Shown in pieces: positions 10,354-20,470 of a stretch of 26,106 bases of DNA. Below the pieces are notes generated by a model. It was given only the letters and a program-made list of their open reading frames with translations, was not told where the DNA came from and did not search any database. Location: the NCBI GenBank assembly GCA_003614675.1, contig ML002214.1:62001-88106 (forward strand), written 5' to 3'. The position numbers were made by a program, and so were the translations under genes. The DNA comes from Dimargaris cristalligena. Taxonomy: Eukaryota. Every line of letters starts with the position of its first letter. Position 1 is the first letter of the stretch.

Positions 10354-10848
10354 TTACTGGGAAATAATATGAGCATTTGGGGCCAAGCACTCTTTCTCGT
10401 ATCCGGGAATGTACACTACTTCAATCCCCCCCTTTTCCAGGAGCGACAGACCTTCGCATTGCACAAAGTTGGGCGGTTCTTTGACCCCCAGCACCACGCG
10501 GGCCACTCTCGCTTCGATGAGTCTCTGGCAACACGGTACATTTCCAGACAGTCGCCGACTGCATGGCTCCATGGTGGTATACATGGTTGCGCCGGGGAAC
10601 TGGGGGGTGCTGTTGTTGCTTCGGGTGGCCGTGTCACCAGCTTTTTGGAGGGCGCATTCCTCGGCGTGGGTGTTGCCCGGTAGTTCGCGGGAGAAGCCGG
10701 TTGCCAGTACCCGGGGCTCCTTGTCGTCGCCACCCGACACGAGGACTGCACCAACGCAGTAGGCGCTCTCAACTGGCACAGACTTGTGGGCCTCGGCGAT
10801 GGCTAGTTTCAGGAATTCGATGTCCCGGGGGGTGTATGGGGTAGCCAT
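10354..10848 (-). CDS. RIB2: Stand-alone DRAP deaminase (Rib2 deaminase domain, riboflavin biosynthesis), 164 aa
   Basis: Cytidine-deaminase-fold zinc motifs HAE and PC-x8-C: TGFSRELPGNTHAEECAL, YTTMEPCSRRLSGNVPC, GVKEPPNFV, all characteristic of fungal Rib2-type deaminases. Intronless. Confidence 0.85.
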   Translation of the reverse strand: MATPYTPRDIEFLKLAIAEAHKSVPVESAYCVGAVLVSGGDDKEPRVLATGFSRELPGNTHAEECALQKAGDTATRSNNSTPQFPGATMYTTMEPCSRRLSGNVPCCQRLIEARVARVVLGVKEPPNFVQCEGLSLLEKGGIEVVYIPGYEKECLAPNAHIISQ

Positions 10849-11433
10849 GGTGGGTAGGTCAATGGCGGATAGAGGGGTTTAGGGAGTGGAAATCAAGAAG
10901 GCCGTAGGAAGAGCGGTATGGAGGGATAATAGTAAAAGTAAAAGTAATTCCTAAACAATTGAATGAAACGAAGTCAAACCCGTGGGACGAAACCTTCTCT
11001 TTGGGGTTAACTGGGACATGTGCTATACTCCATTCTTCCCAGACTCCAAGGTGGAAATAGTCAGCTCCCCCAACGATTCCCCAAGCAGCAGTATATGGTA
11101 CAAAACAATTTGAACCCAAATGCCTAGAATCCTGAACCTCGGCATTTAGGAATTAAACCATAGCTTGTTTAAACCCTCAACAAAGCCAATTTTTTAGAAT
11201 TACAACTACCTGCTGATGAATAAAATGTCGGCATAGCAGCAGGTGTAGCAGAAGTAGGAGTTAATTAAACATGCAATTTGGCTTTTATTATGCCATGACA
11301 ACTCCATGGGGAGAAGCAAAACACCCTGGCAGATCCTTATTAATACTGATCTGAATGGTATGGTAGATAAAGGAGACCAAGCAATTAAACCAACTACTGA
11401 AACTACATAACTCTAGCCAAGGACGACATCCTA

Positions 11434-12621
11434 CTATGGCCGATGGTATGGCTGCAGTATCTCCATGGCCTTTTGTAAGTTTTCCATTGCCGACTTTACA
11501 TCATCGAATTGAAGCGCGCTCAGGACGAACCGGGTATGTTTTTCAGCAGCAGCAATCACATCGGACCCCACCACCTCGTCGTCAAGGTCATCGTAGTCCA
11601 TGTCGCTAAAGTCATCGTCCCAAGTGAGGGTAGGAGTTGGTTTTGGCCGACTCATCGGTGGAGGAGGCCCCCGTGATGATACCTCGCTGGGCTGTTTACG
11701 CGGGGGCGAGGGAAGCTCCTCCTCATCATACCCGTTAGACATGGTCGGCGCGGGGTTGGTGGGCGGGAGGGAGAACGGGGCCGGGGCGGAGTGGGCGAAC
11801 GATGAATCGCTGGGATCCGTGGCCTGATTATCTAGGTTAGGGTAGGTCACGGGTGCTACAAACCCCGGTGAGGCTAGCGGGGCGGATGTAGATTCCAAGG
11901 GTGGTAGCGGCGGAGAGGCCATGGTTGCCTCGGGAACGGCGGGTCCGGCAACGGGCATCCGCCCCTCTTTGAGGGCCTGGATAATATCCTTGGCCTTCCA
12001 TTTGGCGTATTTGAGCTTCTCCTCAAATTCCGGGCTCAAATCACCAAATACCCGGAGTAACTCGATGAACACTGACGAAGCAAGAAACTTGAGACCCGTT
12101 TGTCTAGAGTTCGCGAGATGGAAGTGCGAGTATGGATATGGTATCAAAAGAAGCAACACGGGAGTGGTGAATACACTGATACACCCAGTAATGATTTCAA
12201 GACCAAACCGATCCATATATGGGATAATTTACTTCAACGTTTTTTCACCAGTCGATATATATATATATAAAATTTAAAATTCATGAACAACTTACTTGGA
12301 AGCTTTTCCGGCACGGTCTTCATTATCAGCGCCGGTGAAAATACGAGTGGCAAACAATTCCAGGTAAGCCTTTCCGGCCTCGTCATTTTGAATGGCCGGT
12401 TCTTGGGATAGGGCCTCCTTCCGGGCCTCCAGGTCCTCGACGAGTTGGAGCAAAAAGACTTGGCAGTCGTCGGCCTGGATACCTTTGGCTAGGGCTAGTT
12501 TGACCGCATAGAATTGGCAGTAGTAGGAGATGATGGGTTCGTGGGTGCGCAGTTCCCGGGAACGCTGTAGAAACTGGTTGATAAAGCGCAGCTGCTCGGG
12601 TACAGCTGGTAGGGAGTCCAT
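11434..12621 (-). CDS. VTA1: Vps4 cofactor Vta1 (ESCRT/MVB), about 331 aa; exons 12621-12296 and 12103-11434
   Basis: N-terminal MIT domains (FLQRSREL...PIISYYCQFYAV...ADNEDRAGKASK|QTGLKFLASSVFIELL...KLKYAKWKA), Pro-rich linker, C-terminal VSL motif AEKHTRFVLSALQFDDVKSA. Phase-2 intron 12295-12104 (GTAAG...TAG). Confidence 0.93.
12255..12268. repeat. (AT)7 microsatellite in the VTA1 intron
   Basis: ATATATATATATAT seen directly. Confidence 0.8.
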
Positions 12622-12866
12622 GGCGACGGGTGTGGGGAGATGCGTGCGTAGAATGTACAGCAGGCCAACGGGGTTGGTGCTGGGCAAGACTTAGAGTGCA
12701 ACGAAGATTGGCGACAGAGAGAGGTATACCAAGCAAGTAGGTAAGTAAGCAGTAAAGCATATAAAGACTCCTCTATAGTACGTAAATGGGTAAGGAAGAG
12801 AAGGTCACTCTATCACGCGATAAAGGCGGGATAGCAGGGGGCGAAAGTGTGCCCAAGTCAGTTTAC

Positions 12867-12875
12867 ACCACCACC

Positions 12876-12902
<27 letters not shown>
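12867..12902. repeat. (ACC)3(AGT)9 microsatellite in the VTA1/ARFRP1 divergent promoter
   Basis: Trinucleotide runs seen directly at 12867-12875 and 12876-12902. Confidence 0.9.
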
Positions 12903-12906
<4 letters not shown>

Positions 12907-13202
12907 CTGCGAGCCACACGTATTTGCCAGGAGGGAGTCGTAGTGGGGTGGTGGTGGCTTTCAATGCAACCCGTGGCTTTATTGGGCCGTTTCTCTCCTT
13001 GCCTGAAGTACCCATGTAAATATATCTCTTTCCAGTTTTTTAAATGCGCCTGATTCGACCTTGAACCTGTCTCTAGGGATTCCCCCTTCTCCAAACCGAG
13101 CCCCGTTCGCCCATCTGCTCCGCATAGACATTCCACTTTTTCTATTACTATTCGGCCTGGTATTACCCCCTTCGTTCGCTGAACTCCTCTGGTCACCCTG
13201 TC

Positions 13203-14384
13203 ATGTATACGCTATTGAATGGGCTCTACAAATACCTGACCCGCCAGGAAGAGTACTATGTCATCATCCTGGGGCTCGACAATGCCGGCAAGACTACCCT
13301 CCTGGAACGCATTAAAACCATGTTCACCGGCGTCCGGGGCCTGTCCCCCGATAAAATAGGCCCCACCGTTGGTCTCAATCGTAAGTAGACGGCGTCGGAG
13401 TACCATACTAAACAACCCTCCAAGTCTTTTGAATGAAATGGAGAAGAGTATTGTGCCACTGGAGTCATTGCGAATTGGACGCGCCCCCACCTCTTCCGTC
13501 ATTATGGGCTTTGAAATATGCCATACAAATACTGGCAGCTAGTATTGTCCGTTAGCCACCCTAACCTAAAGTATGCCCTCTTCCATACCTATATGCCTAT
13601 CCAACAATCACCGAATATATCCATTACGCATCCCCATTCTCTTTGGCACACACGCACGCGTCCCATTTTCCCCCAACTATACTACCACTACCCTCCTTCC
13701 ACCTCATCATACCATCCTAGTCGGTAAAATTGACATTGGGCGGTCCCGCCTTAAGTTCTGGGATCTCGGAGGCCAGCGGGATTTACACAGCATCTGGGAA
13801 CGCTACTACCCCGAATCGCACGCCATTATCTTCGTCATCGATGCGACCGACCGGGCACGATTGGAAGAATGCCGCCAAACTTTGGAAAAAGTCATGATGA
13901 CCGGTGAAACAGAAGGCGTGCCCGTACTCATGCTGGCCAACAAACAGGATTTGCCGGTGGCGATGCCGGTTGAAGAGATCAAGGAAACGTTCAATAAAAT
14001 CGCGTACGGCCTGGGGGCCCGCGAGAGTAAAGTTCTACCTGTTTCGGCGCTTGCTGGGTAAGTCCACCTACTCTGATGATCTATTTATCGTTTTATTTTT
14101 CTTTTAAAAACAAAACTATGGTCATACTATAAATTATGGCCGTTTACTTTGGGTGCTCTTTCCGCCGGTAGCCAGGAAGAGGGGTATTGCTCGATCAAAA
14201 GACTACTTCGCCTCGACTAATGTTGTGATTTTGGTCCTTTGCTTTCCGATTTGTGCATGGGCTACCCATAACCGACTTTCTTAAACGGCCGCCTGAATTC
14301 AGTGATGGGGTTCGCGATGCGATTGAATGGCTGTACACTCGGTTACAGTTCAACCGCGAGACCCGTCCCCCTAATATCGAGTGA
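13203..14384 (+). CDS. ARFRP1: ARF-related protein 1 (ARFRP1, ortholog of yeast Arl3) small GTPase, about 198 aa; exons 13203-13380, 13721-14057, 14303-14384
   Basis: MYTLLNGLYKYLT start (no Gly2, NatC-type), GLDNAGKT, PTVGLN|LGKI, WDLGGQ, NKQD, SAL and C-terminal DGVRDAIEWL...RPP. Introns 13381-13720 (phase 1) and 14058-14302 (phase 2), both GTAAGT...AG. Confidence 0.95.
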
Positions 14385-15183
14385 GATTTCCTGATGAGTT
14401 TATCCCACGACTAGACCATATTCACCTGAATTACATTGCTCCGCTTAATCCAGTTCGCCGCCTAGCCTACTTAGCACCGTCGTCTCACATTTCCCCCGTA
14501 ATTATGGCGTACTTAAAGGTTTCCTTTGGAGTACCATAGTTTGGATTTTATGTATTTTATTATATTTCACTAGTCCATTTGCTTGGTTTTATTTCGACGT
14601 ACATAATACATTTCCCCAATTACATGCTTCGTTGGGCTGTTTTTACGTGAAATTACAGCCATATATTTACAGTAATATCCACAGCCCCACACATTCATTA
14701 ACAATCGGCCAGCTAACTGAAGCCAAATGATTATATAGTATCCCTTGACTGCTAAACTACACCATCTTCTGGTTACGGGTCCAATACCTACTAAAAGGCT
14801 ATTACAAACTAATGGCTCATTTGGGCTACTTTCAAACTCGCCAACACATAGCATTCCTATAAAACGTAGTATATGAATTAATATTCTATTACAGATAGTG
14901 TCTTGGCGACGGTGTCAGCTGAGGTAAAGATGCTACGAAGCAAATCTAAGGGTAGAGTGGTGGATGCAAGGCAAGTCAAGGTAGTGAAGCCAAACACGGG
15001 CGTATTATAATGTAAGGGGGGGAGAGGGTAATAATGAGCTCACCGGATAACAGAGGTCAGATGAGCGAATAAATAAATATATTGGGAGAAAATCGGATAA
15101 TGAAAGAAAAAGAAACAGTCAAAGATTACAATGAACAATTTTGGGTAGAAGCAAAGTCGTTTTCACATTAGTCTTTGGGAGGT

Positions 15184-18100
15184 TTATGTGCGCGGGGCGG
15201 CCCGGTTGTGTTCCATGTGGCTCTTAACGAGATGACCAGCGGCTAGCGCTGAGCACAGGGATAGTTCACCTGCCATCACACCGGCAGCAATAATACGAGC
15301 CAGCCGCTGGGCGTTGGCCCCAGGAGTGATGGGGTGAGCACCCCGTACCCCGAGCATGTCCAGGCAGGCGGCCTGGGGGCCGAGCTGTGTACCGCCCCCA
15401 ATCGTACCCACTTCAATACAGGGCATGGTCACCGAAATATGCAGGTCTTGGCCACCGTTGATCGCCGCCATAAGGGTAATACAGTTGGAGCTCTCGACGT
15501 TCTGGGCCGGGTCCTGGCCAGTGGCCAGGTAGATGGCGGTCAGGATATTGGCAGCATGGGCGTTGAATCCACCCACGGAGCCGGCCATAGCCGAACCCAC
15601 CAGATTCTTGGATACGTTCAATTCTACCAGGGCAGCCACGGTCGTCTTGAGCACCTTTTCCACGGTGGTCCCAGGGATGACGGCCTCGGCCACCACCGAT
15701 TTACCACGACCCTCAATCCAGTTAATAGCGGCCGGCTTCTTATCCGTGCAGTAATTACCACTAATGGAAATAATCTGCATCAGAGGGCATCGCTCCGAGA
15801 TCAGTGCCAGGGCCTTTTCGGTACCCTTGGAGATCATGTTCATACCCATCGCATCACCGGTTACGGTAGCAAACCGAATGAAGAGCATGCGACCCGCGAT
15901 GGCTACCTTGAGGCGCTGGAGCCGAGCAAACCGGGAGGTCGAATCAAAGTGAGCCTTTACCTCGGCGAATCCTTCGGGGCTTTCTAACCATTTCTGGCAC
16001 AGGTGAGCTTCAGTGATATTGGGAAACTGCACCACTGGCCCACGGGTCATGCCGTCGCGAGTGATCACAGTGGTGGCACCGCCACCGGCCGTAATGGCCT
16101 TGCAGCCTCGAGACGTGGAAGCAATCAGACAGCCCTCGGTAGTAGCCATGGGAATATGGAGCAGTTCACCGTCAATGGACATGGGACCGGCCACACCCAA
16201 GGGAAGGGGTGTGTATCCAATGACATTTTCACAGCACTGGCCCATGACCCGGGAGTAGTCGTAATGTCTGTAGGGCAAGAGGCTAGCTTCAAGGGTCTTG
16301 GTAAGCGAATCCCGAGAGATAATCGATCGGCGAATCTGCACGGCCCGCGTAAAATCACCCAGAAGTTTCTCCAGAGCGTAGGCGGCCACCTTACCCTGGC
16401 GGACAAGATTGACAATCTCTTCGTTGGTGACAGTGGCGGCCGATGCCGGTCCATCCTTGACCAGGACCAGGCACTCCTCTACAGAGCGCAGAGGCGCAGT
16501 GGGGTCATTGAGTTTCTCGGAATCAGATTCCTCGGGGATCTGCTGGCCAACCAGAGTCATACTCGAGTCATTCTTGGCACAGAGACCGAGGCCTTGCTGG
16601 GCGCAGTCGGTGGCAATGATATTGGCCATGGGACGGGGGTTGGTGGCCATTTCCAGGGCGCTGGCACGGCGGGACACGATGGACATGGACGACGGAGAGG
16701 AGGACTCGGGACTAGAGAAACTCATATTGAGACCGGAGGCGACAGAGCTGAAGGCCGTGGTGGAGGGAGCACCATTCAGTCTGCCGGCCGGCAGGGGTCT
16801 CGCATGTAAAGGGGATTCCTTAGCAACATCAGCTACGTTTGAAGCCAAGGTGCGCTGGATGCGGGTCACGATGAAATACAGGTTAGCGACCAACGACGCG
16901 ACCAGGGCGACCATCCACCCAGAGAGGGCGGACTCCATGCCAAGGGACTCGGGAACAGCCCCTGTACGGGTAGCCGCAGTAATGGCAGCGTCGGAAAAGG
17001 CGGAGTTAGGGTGGGGGGTCTGGGTGTAGAATTCGTGGACGGGGTGGAAAGTCAGCTTCATGGGGGCCAGGATATCCAAGGCAGGTTTAAGGTACACGAA
17101 TAAATCGGCCAGGACGGTGGGCAAGTGGTCCGGGAGAGCCCCTTGAACCAAGGGGAACTGACCACTGCCGGAATCGGGAACGGAACGTCCGGTGATGGGT
17201 TCGCGGAATGTACTGCCCATATCGAAGATATGCACGGCCAGGAAACCAATGATCACAAAGAGCTTGACCCGGGTGGCGGTGGAGTTGGCGGCAGGGCGAG
17301 AGTCCACAGTGGAGTCGCTGAGAGCCTGCAGAGTAATAGCGCGGTAGTTGGCGGGGCTGTTCCGGTGGGCCAGCTCAACCTCGCTTTCGGTGCGCAGGAG
17401 TTTGCCGGCACCCTTAGTGGCGGTGGTGGCCCGGACTTTGCGTACACGAATAAGCTCGGCCTTAAGGGCCAGGACGGCAGCGTAGAAGGTGAATAGGAGC
17501 AAAGCGTCAAAAGCGAGGATAAACACAGCCAGGATGGAGAACTCGCGCAGCCCCTGGACACCGGAAAAGGCACCGGCCGTCAGAAGCGAGATCTCAAACA
17601 GGTAATCCCGCATGATAGGGGACCAGGCCTTTTCGACACCCTGCAGAACCTGTTTCTGAACCGCCGGGGGCGGAGTAGAAGAAGTGAAGCTCACGGGGGA
17701 TCCAGGGCGAGTGGGTTGTTCGGCCAACGGGCTAGACGGGCGCTCGGAGTCCTCGTTGAGCTCGGATTCCACAAGCACGGCCTTGGCCAGGGTGTAAGGT
17801 TTTTCAAAGCCCACGGTGATGAGCAGGAAGGGGATGGCCTCGCTCAGCAATACGACGTCGACGGGAAGGCCCAGTAGGTGGGCAGTGTAAAGGGCCAGGA
17901 TGAAGGCGCAGGAACTCGACAGCAACACCGACGCGGCCAGGCTAAGGCGGGAGCCGAGTTTACGCATGCTAACGAACAGGTTGATGAATACGGCGTGCAT
18001 GAAGAGGTAGCCAAACAAGACGAAAGCCACCTCCAGCTGGTTGGCGTGGCTAATCAATTCCCGGATCTTGGTGTATACGTTAATGAACACCTGGGCGGAC

Positions 18101-18861
18101 CAGGTAAGCGAGTTCTTACTCGAGAACCAGGCGATACCCCAGTTGGTGGTGGGCACGGCAGGGAAGGTCTTCTGGAGGTGAGCGAAGGCCGCTTCGGCCC
18201 ACACGGTGGCCAGCTCCTGAGTCTGGGGCTGGGTGGTATCAATGAGGAAACCCAGGGTCAGGGAGGAGGCAAATACGGGCTTAGCGTCCACGTTCAATTG
18301 GAGGTCCTTAATCAAAGGTGCAGCGGACCGGCGTACGGTTTCCACCAAATGCCGTAGGGTAGGGTCGTCCGTGCGGAAACCGGCCTGGTCCAACTCGAGG
18401 GAGTTCTCGAAAGGACTAGCCAGCAGACAGTCGGAGGGGCCGTCGGGGAGTTGGTGAACGCAAAGGTCCTGGTAGGTGTAGCGGTATCCGTCCCGAGCAA
18501 CCATCAGGTCCTTGGCCAGGAAGCGCTGAGCTTGGGCGAGTTTAGCCAAGGTATCGGGGTCCATCACACCAGCCCCGTTGCTCTCGGAGGATGGCACAGA
18601 GAAGGCAAAGGAATACAGCTGAGCGTGCTTGAGCGAAGGGATCCCATCATCGGTCACCTGGGCGGCCGGTTTGGTGTAGGTGTAGGAGATGGGGTCGGCC
18701 TGAAGGGATGCCGGGAGGGAGAAAATCTCGGCATTCTTGACGCTGTTCCAGAGGGAGTAGTAGGCACAGCCAGTGAGGATCAGAATGAAAGACAACACTT
18801 CGATGGGGTGTTTGATGGCCCGCCGGGAAACAGCCCGGGCGGTTTGTAGTAGAATAGCCAT
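15184..18861 (-). CDS. HMG1: HMG-CoA reductase (class I, membrane-bound, sterol-sensing domain), about 1225 aa, intronless CDS
   Basis: HPIE N-terminal motif, SSD segment [17 protein letters not shown], catalytic motifs [48 protein letters not shown]. First in-frame ATG is at 18861; the ORF track starts at an upstream TTG. Confidence 0.98.
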   Translation of the reverse strand: MAILLQTARAVSRRAIKHPIEVLSFILILTGCAYYSLWNSVKNAEIFSLPASLQADPISYTYTKPAAQVTDDGIPSLKHAQLYSFAFSVPSSESNGAGVMDPDTLAKLAQAQRFLAKDLMVARDGYRYTYQDLCVHQLPDGPSDCLLASPFENSLELDQAGFRTDDPTLRHLVETVRRSAAPLIKDLQLNVDAKPVFASSLTLGFLIDTTQPQTQELATVWAEAAFAHLQKTFPAVPTTNWGIAWFSSKNSLTWSAQVFINVYTKIRELISHANQLEVAFVLFGYLFMHAVFINLFVSMRKLGSRLSLAASVLLSSSCAFILALYTAHLLGLPVDVVLLSEAIPFLLITVGFEKPYTLAKAVLVESELNEDSERPSSPLAEQPTRPGSPVSFTSSTPPPAVQKQVLQGVEKAWSPIMRDYLFEISLLTAGAFSGVQGLREFSILAVFILAFDALLLFTFYAAVLALKAELIRVRKVRATTATKGAGKLLRTESEVELAHRNSPANYRAITLQALSDSTVDSRPAANSTATRVKLFVIIGFLAVHIFDMGSTFREPITGRSVPDSGSGQFPLVQGALPDHLPTVLADLFVYLKPALDILAPMKLTFHPVHEFYTQTPHPNSAFSDAAITAATRTGAVPESLGMESALSGWMVALVASLVANLYFIVTRIQRTLASNVADVAKESPLHARPLPAGRLNGAPSTTAFSSVASGLNMSFSSPESSSPSSMSIVSRRASALEMATNPRPMANIIATDCAQQGLGLCAKNDSSMTLVGQQIPEESDSEKLNDPTAPLRSVEECLVLVKDGPASAATVTNEEIVNLVRQGKVAAYALEKLLGDFTRAVQIRRSIISRDSLTKTLEASLLPYRHYDYSRVMGQCCENVIGYTPLPLGVAGPMSIDGELLHIPMATTEGCLIASTSRGCKAITAGGGATTVITRDGMTRGPVVQFPNITEAHLCQKWLESPEGFAEVKAHFDSTSRFARLQRLKVAIAGRMLFIRFATVTGDAMGMNMISKGTEKALALISERCPLMQIISISGNYCTDKKPAAINWIEGRGKSVVAEAVIPGTTVEKVLKTTVAALVELNVSKNLVGSAMAGSVGGFNAHAANILTAIYLATGQDPAQNVESSNCITLMAAINGGQDLHISVTMPCIEVGTIGGGTQLGPQAACLDMLGVRGAHPITPGANAQRLARIIAAGVMAGELSLCSALAAGHLVKSHMEHNRAAPRT

Positions 18862-19080
18862 GGTTAGAAGACAGAGAGTGTAATCCACACCAGACGTAAA
18901 ACGAAACAAGGAAGTAATAAAATATATGGGGGAGGAAGACAGGATAAGCTTGCTCAATCAGAACGAAAGGAAGCGCAACCAACCGGATATAGCAGTCCAA
19001 ACAACCAACCAGCGAAAAGCAACAACGAGGAGCAAGACACAACACAGATTTTACGGGTGGGTCACCCGAACGAGAGACAG

Positions 19081-19125
19081 CTAATGGGAGGGAATAGGAG
19101 AGGATGAGAGGAGAAGCTGAGACAT
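19081..19125 (-). other. Candidate uORF (MSQLLLSSSPIPSH*) upstream of HMG-CoA reductase
   Basis: ATG 19125 to TAG 19083-19081, in the same frame as the main ATG (264 nt upstream) and downstream of the (AT)10 tract. It is a uORF only if the transcript starts upstream of 19125. Confidence 0.3.
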
Positions 19126-19204
19126 GGAGAGGGCTAATACCCCGGACTCGGGAGAACTGTATGGCTCGTGGTCTTGGTAAAATAGTCTAGAATGTGTACA
19201 GCCA

Positions 19205-19224
19205 ATATATATATATATATATAT
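19205..19224. repeat. (AT)10 tract, possible TATA element of HMG-CoA reductase
   Basis: Dinucleotide run about 345 nt upstream of the ATG, followed on the minus strand by a pyrimidine-rich leader. Confidence 0.7.
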
Positions 19225-20378
19225 TACAAACGAGCCCAGAGGACAGGGGCAGAGGATGCAGGTAGAGAGAGAGTGGTAATTTAAAGGGAAATAATATTAT
19301 TAGTCCACAGTCGATTAGTAAGGAAAACAGAGTGGTAGTCGCTAAGGTTGGCCAGGAGAGAAACTAGACCAGAGAATGTGGGGGTAATACATAGAATGGC
19401 AGAGGCGGGGGGGAAGTAGTCGCGGGTGGACTATTTAAATGAAAGCTGCAGCAACAGCGAAGGAGATACGTCAACAGGGCATCAACCCAAGGAATGATTA
19501 TTTTTGTGTAAAAAAAGCCAGCTACTGTGACGCAAGAACGCAGCCTGTCTGGTAAGCGAACAGGGAACAATGGCTTACTAGCCCAGTTGGGGGGACACAA
19601 CAGGTGGGTGGGTGGTCCAAGTAGGAAAGGGGGAGGAACGATATGAGGGAAAATAAGGGGCGGGTCATCTAAGCACCGGAGGAGGGTTAGTCTCGACTAT
19701 TCTTGATTCATGTGGGGAATCCAAGAGACGGAGGAATAGCCGGGAAAACCAACCTCCAGGCGCTATACTTTTTACCAGGCCGACCCAACCAATGGTGCTG
19801 CTATGTTACCCACCCACTGTAAAAACTTAAAAGAAGGTAAGGAAGGGTAAAAACGGCCAGCGCAAAACAAATAACAATATACACCAGGCCGTAAGGGACG
19901 GTCTACCGAGATTAGAAGTAGGCTGCAACAACCGAGACCATTGGGACCTGAGCCCCTCAAATTGAGGCGAGTACCTCTCAGTATGACGCTCGCCCGAAAC
20001 CACCCACGGAAGGGAATGCCAGGCCGAAATGATCCAGCGTGGAAAAGAATAGATAAGGAAATACGCCATAATTGAGTGGCCCGGGGCTGTAAGGGACACC
20101 ATGTTGGTGGGAACCGACCGATCTTAGCCACCACCACTCCTCCTAGCCCCCAGCCACTGTTATAGCCCAAAAAGGGGATCGCCGTTGGTGAGACAAGGCG
20201 ATTGATAAAATTCACGGGCGAACAAGCTCGACTTAAAGCGCCAGTGGCCGAAGCAGTACACAAGCGACCTGCCTGACATTATATTCATGTAAGGGAGCGG
20301 ACGGCCCACTCAAGGGCGCATAAAGGTGCACATAAGCAACATGGCCGCCATGAGCAACACCCCCCTCCAAGGAGTAGC

Positions 20379-20470
20379 AATAATACTAATAATAATAATA
20401 ATAATAGTAAGAGTAAGAGTAATAGTAATAATAATAATAGTAAGAGTAATAGTAATAATAATAATAATAA
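20379..20470. repeat. Compound (AAT)n/(AGT/AAG) trinucleotide microsatellite, about 90 nt
   Basis: AATAATACTAATAAT...AGTAAGAGTAAGAGTAATAGTAATAATAAT seen directly; it explains the poly-Leu and poly-Ile ORFs. Confidence 0.92.

Noticed and set aside
11030..11090. FMN-riboswitch-like fragment (GCTGAC...AGTCTGGGAAGAA, minus strand) upstream of the RIB2 deaminase
   Set aside because: The conserved 5' half (AGGGC...GAAATTCCC-ACCG) and multi-stem architecture are absent; only a short chance match.
13203..14384. Reading the GTPase as ciliary ARL3 or ARL6/BBS3 to pair with the BBS7-like gene
   Set aside because: The MYTLL N-terminus, WDLGGQ and C-terminal RPP identify ARFRP1 (yeast Arl3), a Golgi GTPase distinct from ciliary ARL3.
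14391..14430. CTGATGA...CTGA after the ARFRP1 stop (hammerhead or C/D snoRNA-like); similar CTGATGA at 11214
   Set aside because: No GAAA with hammerhead stems, and the C-to-D spacing is too short for a snoRNA.
15334..18849. Several long plus-strand ORFs (up to 268 aa) opposite HMG-CoA reductase
   Set aside because: Antisense shadows of a GC3-biased gene, with no recognisable motifs.
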